DNA of 64,000 bases. Origin: an uncultured bacterium (GTDB lineage: Bacteria > Babelota > Babeliae > Babelales > Babelaceae). Shown here in pieces: positions 60,114 through 64,000 of this stretch. The translations under genes were made by a program, and so were the position numbers. The stretch is taken from positions 448,001 through 512,000 of the forward strand of contig CAWKFG010000001.1 in assembly GCA_963848965.1 (NCBI GenBank), in the 5' to 3' direction. How positions within the stretch are numbered: position 1 is the stretch's first letter; each line of letters opens with the position of its first letter. The notes beneath the pieces are model-generated. The model was not told the DNA's origin. It saw only the letters and a program-made list of their open reading frames with translations, and did no database searches.

Positions 60114-61505
60114 ATGATATGTAAGTATAGAATAAAAGGGCAGCTTCTGTGCGCTGCTTTGAGTATCTGTTCGTTAATTTTTGCACATAATAATTGGAGT
60201 AATTGGGGCAATACACAAACATGTACACCTTGCAAGATTTTGTATCCAGAAACACGAGAAGAAGTACAAGCACTTATCGTTGAAGCTGTTCGGCAAAAGG
60301 TTCCTCTACGAGCAGTAGGTTCTGGTCACTCGTGGAGTGATGTTGTATGTACTAATGGTTATCTTGTCACAACCGATAGATTGAATCGAATACTTTCAAT
60401 TGATACAAAAACATGTCAGGTAAAAGTAGAATGTGGTATTAAAATTAAAGACCTTGTTCTCGAGTTAGCAGCTGAAGGGCTTGCGTTAAGTAATCAAGGA
60501 TTTATTACTGAGCAAAGTATTGTAGGTGCCTTATCAACAGCAACGCACGGTAGTGGTCATACAGGAACGCTCTCAGATTTTATTGTAGAGATGGAGATTA
60601 TAGATGGGCGAGGAAGATTACAAACAGTTTCAGAAAGCTCTCATTCAGACTGGTTACCAGCTGTACGTGTAGGACTTGGAGCAACGGGTTTTGTCTATTC
60701 AGTTACTTTGCAATGTGAACCACTTTTTTGTCTTTCACATGAGCGGGTGATGATCCCTTTTGAGCAAATGCTTGAAACATATAAAGAATTGTATCAGAAT
60801 AACGATTTTTGCACATGTATGGTTCATCCGTCATCTCGTAAAACGCTTCTTTATCTGTGGAATAAAACTGCGAAACCCATAACACGTAATTTCTTAAAAG
60901 GACTCAAAAATGATGTACTATTTAATTATGCAATGAATTATACCATTGTTAAATCTATGTCTTACTTTCCAAGGCTTGGTAATAAGTGTTTTGAAAGCTT
61001 TCTTGATACTATGCAAGAAAGTAAGCATATTGAATATAGCTATAAATCGCTTTCGCCTTTAAAAGATCCGCTTGCTACTGATTGTTATATTGAAACTGAG
61101 TATGCTATTCCTTTTGAGAGCTTTGTAGAAGCATTGCAAAAAGTGCTTACTCTTTTTGATGATTATGAAAGAAAAGGCATTTATCTGTTTGGTATTGTAA
61201 CTTGTAGATTTGGGCCGGCTCAGACTCGTGCTTATATGAGCCCCAATTATGGGCGAGAAACTGCCTATATTAATATTAATATTTTTAATTGTTTTCCAGA
61301 GTATGAAGAGTTTTTCAAAGAATTTGAACAGATACTAGAAGTTTACGAAGGGCGGCCTCACTGGGGTAAATTCCATAGTTTAACAAAAGAGAAGTTAGCT
61401 ACTCTTTACAAAGATAACTTTAAAAAGTTTAATAATGTACGTAAGCAAATAGACCCGTATAATATCTTTGCTAACGAGTTTGTAACTCGTTGCTTTGGTG
61501 TATAA
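60114..61505 (+). CDS. FAD-linked oxidase, L-gulono/D-arabinono-1,4-lactone oxidase family
   Basis: NW, GSGHSWS, STATHGSG, E.EYAIP, GRPHWGK, DP.NIFAN. Confidence 0.88.
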   Translation: MICKYRIKGQLLCAALSICSLIFAHNNWSNWGNTQTCTPCKILYPETREEVQALIVEAVRQKVPLRAVGSGHSWSDVVCTNGYLVTTDRLNRILSIDTKTCQVKVECGIKIKDLVLELAAEGLALSNQGFITEQSIVGALSTATHGSGHTGTLSDFIVEMEIIDGRGRLQTVSESSHSDWLPAVRVGLGATGFVYSVTLQCEPLFCLSHERVMIPFEQMLETYKELYQNNDFCTCMVHPSSRKTLLYLWNKTAKPITRNFLKGLKNDVLFNYAMNYTIVKSMSYFPRLGNKCFESFLDTMQESKHIEYSYKSLSPLKDPLATDCYIETEYAIPFESFVEALQKVLTLFDDYERKGIYLFGIVTCRFGPAQTRAYMSPNYGRETAYININIFNCFPEYEEFFKEFEQILEVYEGRPHWGKFHSLTKEKLATLYKDNFKKFNNVRKQIDPYNIFANEFVTRCFGV

Positions 61506-61600
61506 GAGGTAATGCATAGTGTGCTCTCTTATGGTGTACATAAGAGGCACTATTTGTTATTGCTTATGAGAAAAGCACGTTTTATGTGCAGTTTTTTCTC

Positions 61601-63544
61601 TTATTCACTAAAGCACGCTGCTATTGTTGCTAGTGTATTCTGCCATTCTTGGGCTTCAGGCATATGGTTTGCAAGTGCTTGAAGCTGTTCATTATCTTTT
61701 ACAACAAGACCAAGAAGGCGAAGCATTATTCTTAGATATCCTGCTTCTTTAGCAAGAAGTACAAGGTCGATTGAGGGTTTTACACCAACTTTTAAAAGAG
61801 CGTTTACCAGTGTGAGGTTTCCCTTTTCTACTGCTAATCTTAAGAGGGATTCTCCTTCATTCTGTACCTTTTGAAGTAAAATTCCATAAGTATTAATTAA
61901 GAAAGCAGCACCATCAAGAAAGCCGTATTCTAGAGCATAGTCAAGTGCTGTATAACCATACTCATCTTTCAAATTTAAATAAAGAGGGGAGAGATTACGC
62001 TCTTTTAAAAAGTTAAGAACTTCTTGGTGACCAAATGTACATGCGAGGCAGGTAAGCATAAGTGTTGATTGGCTATGTTCAGGGTACGTATCTTTTTGCT
62101 CAAAGTTTAAGGATGCAAATGTTAAAGGATTTTGAAGATATTGTTTTACGTGTTCTTGTTTATACATCTCTAAAAGCCTCAATACAAAGGGATTGTGTGC
62201 TATCTTAAAAATGTTCTCTCCTTGGTCATTTTTGATCTGACAATCAGTTCCGTGCTTTAGCAAGCGTACTACAATATCTTGACGATCTTTTTCTACTGCT
62301 ATCATAAGAGCTGTTTGTTTGCTTTTCAATGACTGAGAATTAGTCCAAGCTTGATGCTTAAGGAGAAGCGATACAGTATTACAATGGCCATTTTGTACTG
62401 CAAACATAAGAGCAGTAAAATGATCAGAATCTTGATGGTCGATATCTGTATGTTTACTAAGTAAAGCTTCAATAGCCTCGTTATTTCCATATATAGCAGC
62501 ATACATAAGGGCAGTTCTACCCTTTTGATCTCGTTCATTAACATCTGAACCAGCTTCAAGAAGCTTAAAAAAGAGTGTTCTGTTGTTCAACTGTATTACT
62601 TTTATAAGAGGAGTTAAGCCATCAACGTCGCGAACGTTAAGATTGGCTTTTGCTGCTATAAGTTTGCTTGCTATAGCAGTATTATTTTTCTGTAAAGAGC
62701 ACGTTAAAGGAGAATAGCAATTTTTTGAAGGATCTATATGAGCAGGTAATGTTAACCCATTAAAAACATTATACAGCTGCATGCAGTTCACATCAGCTCC
62801 ATGTTCTAGTAAGAGTGCAACAAGAGCCTCGTTCTCTCTGTGAGCAGCGATGGTAAGCGCAGTCCAATTGCACATACCAGGTTCATTAATATCTGCCTTT
62901 GCTTCAAGTAATAGTTTCACGAGCTCTATTTTTTGGTGCCCTACTGCGATAGTAAGAGGCGTATTTCCATTCAAGCTCTTTTTATTAACATTAGCTCGAG
63001 CCTTAATAAGTATAGTTACTACTTCTTTATGTCCTTTTCTTACTGCTTTCATTAAGGCTGTTTCTCCTTCGTCATCTTGAGCATCAATCTGCGCGTTGTT
63101 TAGAAGAAGAAAAAGTACCATCTCTGGAAAACCTGCTTCTGCTGCAAGAGTTAGAGCTCTTCTGCCAGAACAGCCGGGTGCATTTATTTCTGCACCATTC
63201 TCTAAAAGAAGCTGTATAAGCTGAATCGACCGTGTAAAAACAGCTGAATGCAACGGTCTGTCTGTGCCCCATAAGGTACAATTTGCCTGAGCTCCTTTTT
63301 GTATAAGCATACGAGCAAGATCTGTATGTTTATAGCACACTGCAAGATTGAGTGCATTATTTAAAGACTCTTGTTTATTAGTACTTTTATCTATAAGAAG
63401 AAAGAGTGCTTTATGGTTGAAAGGAGTTTCACGAATAAGCTTTAGCAGCTGTTGGTAATTATCTTGCTCTTTTTCCATTGCTTGTAAAGAACTGGTGGCA
63501 ATAAGTACGCTAGAGAAAAAAAGAGAAAGCACTAATTTTTGCAT
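61601..63544 (-). CDS. Exported ankyrin repeat protein
   Basis: Many G.TALM.A repeats; signal peptide ending LQA-MEK. Confidence 0.93.
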   Translation of the reverse strand: MQKLVLSLFFSSVLIATSSLQAMEKEQDNYQQLLKLIRETPFNHKALFLLIDKSTNKQESLNNALNLAVCYKHTDLARMLIQKGAQANCTLWGTDRPLHSAVFTRSIQLIQLLLENGAEINAPGCSGRRALTLAAEAGFPEMVLFLLLNNAQIDAQDDEGETALMKAVRKGHKEVVTILIKARANVNKKSLNGNTPLTIAVGHQKIELVKLLLEAKADINEPGMCNWTALTIAAHRENEALVALLLEHGADVNCMQLYNVFNGLTLPAHIDPSKNCYSPLTCSLQKNNTAIASKLIAAKANLNVRDVDGLTPLIKVIQLNNRTLFFKLLEAGSDVNERDQKGRTALMYAAIYGNNEAIEALLSKHTDIDHQDSDHFTALMFAVQNGHCNTVSLLLKHQAWTNSQSLKSKQTALMIAVEKDRQDIVVRLLKHGTDCQIKNDQGENIFKIAHNPFVLRLLEMYKQEHVKQYLQNPLTFASLNFEQKDTYPEHSQSTLMLTCLACTFGHQEVLNFLKERNLSPLYLNLKDEYGYTALDYALEYGFLDGAAFLINTYGILLQKVQNEGESLLRLAVEKGNLTLVNALLKVGVKPSIDLVLLAKEAGYLRIMLRLLGLVVKDNEQLQALANHMPEAQEWQNTLATIAACFSE

Positions 63545-63842
63545 GATAAAGCCTTTTGATAATTATTTAGACCATTTGAAATCTCAATTATAAATATAAA
63601 TTATACTTTATCTAGTAGTTAAAATCAATAGAGATAACTGAAGTACAGTGTGCACATATTAAAAAGACGAGGTGCTTGTCTATAATCTAGCAAATCTATA
63701 GCTCCTTGTTGATTTTTCTTCTCCTAGATATTTTAATGCTAATGACCTTTTGTTGTAGTGTTTGTCTTGCTTTTGTGCTATAAATAAGATAGAGAAGCGG
63801 GACATTTTATCTTCTTATTGGTATGCTTAAAAGCGAGTTTCA

Positions 63843-64000
63843 ATGAAATTATTACCTATTGGCAGAAGTAACTTTAAAGAGATTATTGAAGAGAACTTTT
63901 ATTATATTGATAAAACTCTTCTAATTGATGAGATAACAAACAGTTCAGGTAAAGTACTGCTTATAACTCGTCCTCGCCGATTTGGTAAGACACTTAATCT
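63843..64000 (+). CDS. AAA-ATPase-like protein (usually fused to PD-(D/E)XK), truncated by window end
   Basis: MKLLPIGRSNFKEIIEENFYYIDKT...LITRPRRFGKTLN. Confidence 0.85.
   Translation, partial: MKLLPIGRSNFKEIIEENFYYIDKTLLIDEITNSSGKVLLITRPRRFGKTLN

Noticed and set aside
1096..63281. Many short 60-140 aa ORFs overlapping longer genes (for example 2508-2729, 16269-16646, 22377-22724, 40992-43472, 53289-53645)
   Set aside because: Antisense or out-of-frame shadows of well-supported CDSs with no recognisable motifs.

Overview
AT-rich bacterial chromosomal segment. Gene content suggests an intracellular parasite of protists, most likely Candidatus Babeliae (Dependentiae/TM6); this is an inference from the many signal-peptide-bearing ankyrin and eukaryote-like proteins and the dispersed housekeeping genes. 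Housekeeping genes are dnaA, pgk, rpiB, psd-pssA, a trxB-trx fusion, pepA (frameshifted), ftsW, murD, cutA, a LolC/E-type permease and tRNA-Arg(CCT). They are interspersed with a large set of candidate host-directed proteins: four ankyrin proteins (one with a RING-H2 finger), a USP/C19 deubiquitinase, three tandem CX5R phosphatases, a WD40 protein, a PI-PLC-like enzyme and a kinase-like protein. The main observations are: (1) a tandem pair of FtsH-like AAA+ proteins that both lack the protease motif, one also lacking ATPase motifs, resembling a translocation motor; (2) eleven exported proteins whose predicted mature chain starts with Met, mostly Met-E/D/N/Q, a possible export or host-mimicry signal; (3) an unannotated 52-aa ORF with a lasso-peptide precursor signature; (4) a 51-bp IS200/IS605-like end remnant inserted between an RBS and an ATG; (5) a degenerate 5' tRNA half in front of an oxidoreductase gene; (6) an isolated tyrosine recombinase plus Bet annealase pair. 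Three single-site frameshifts may be sequencing errors. No CRISPR array or rRNA was seen.
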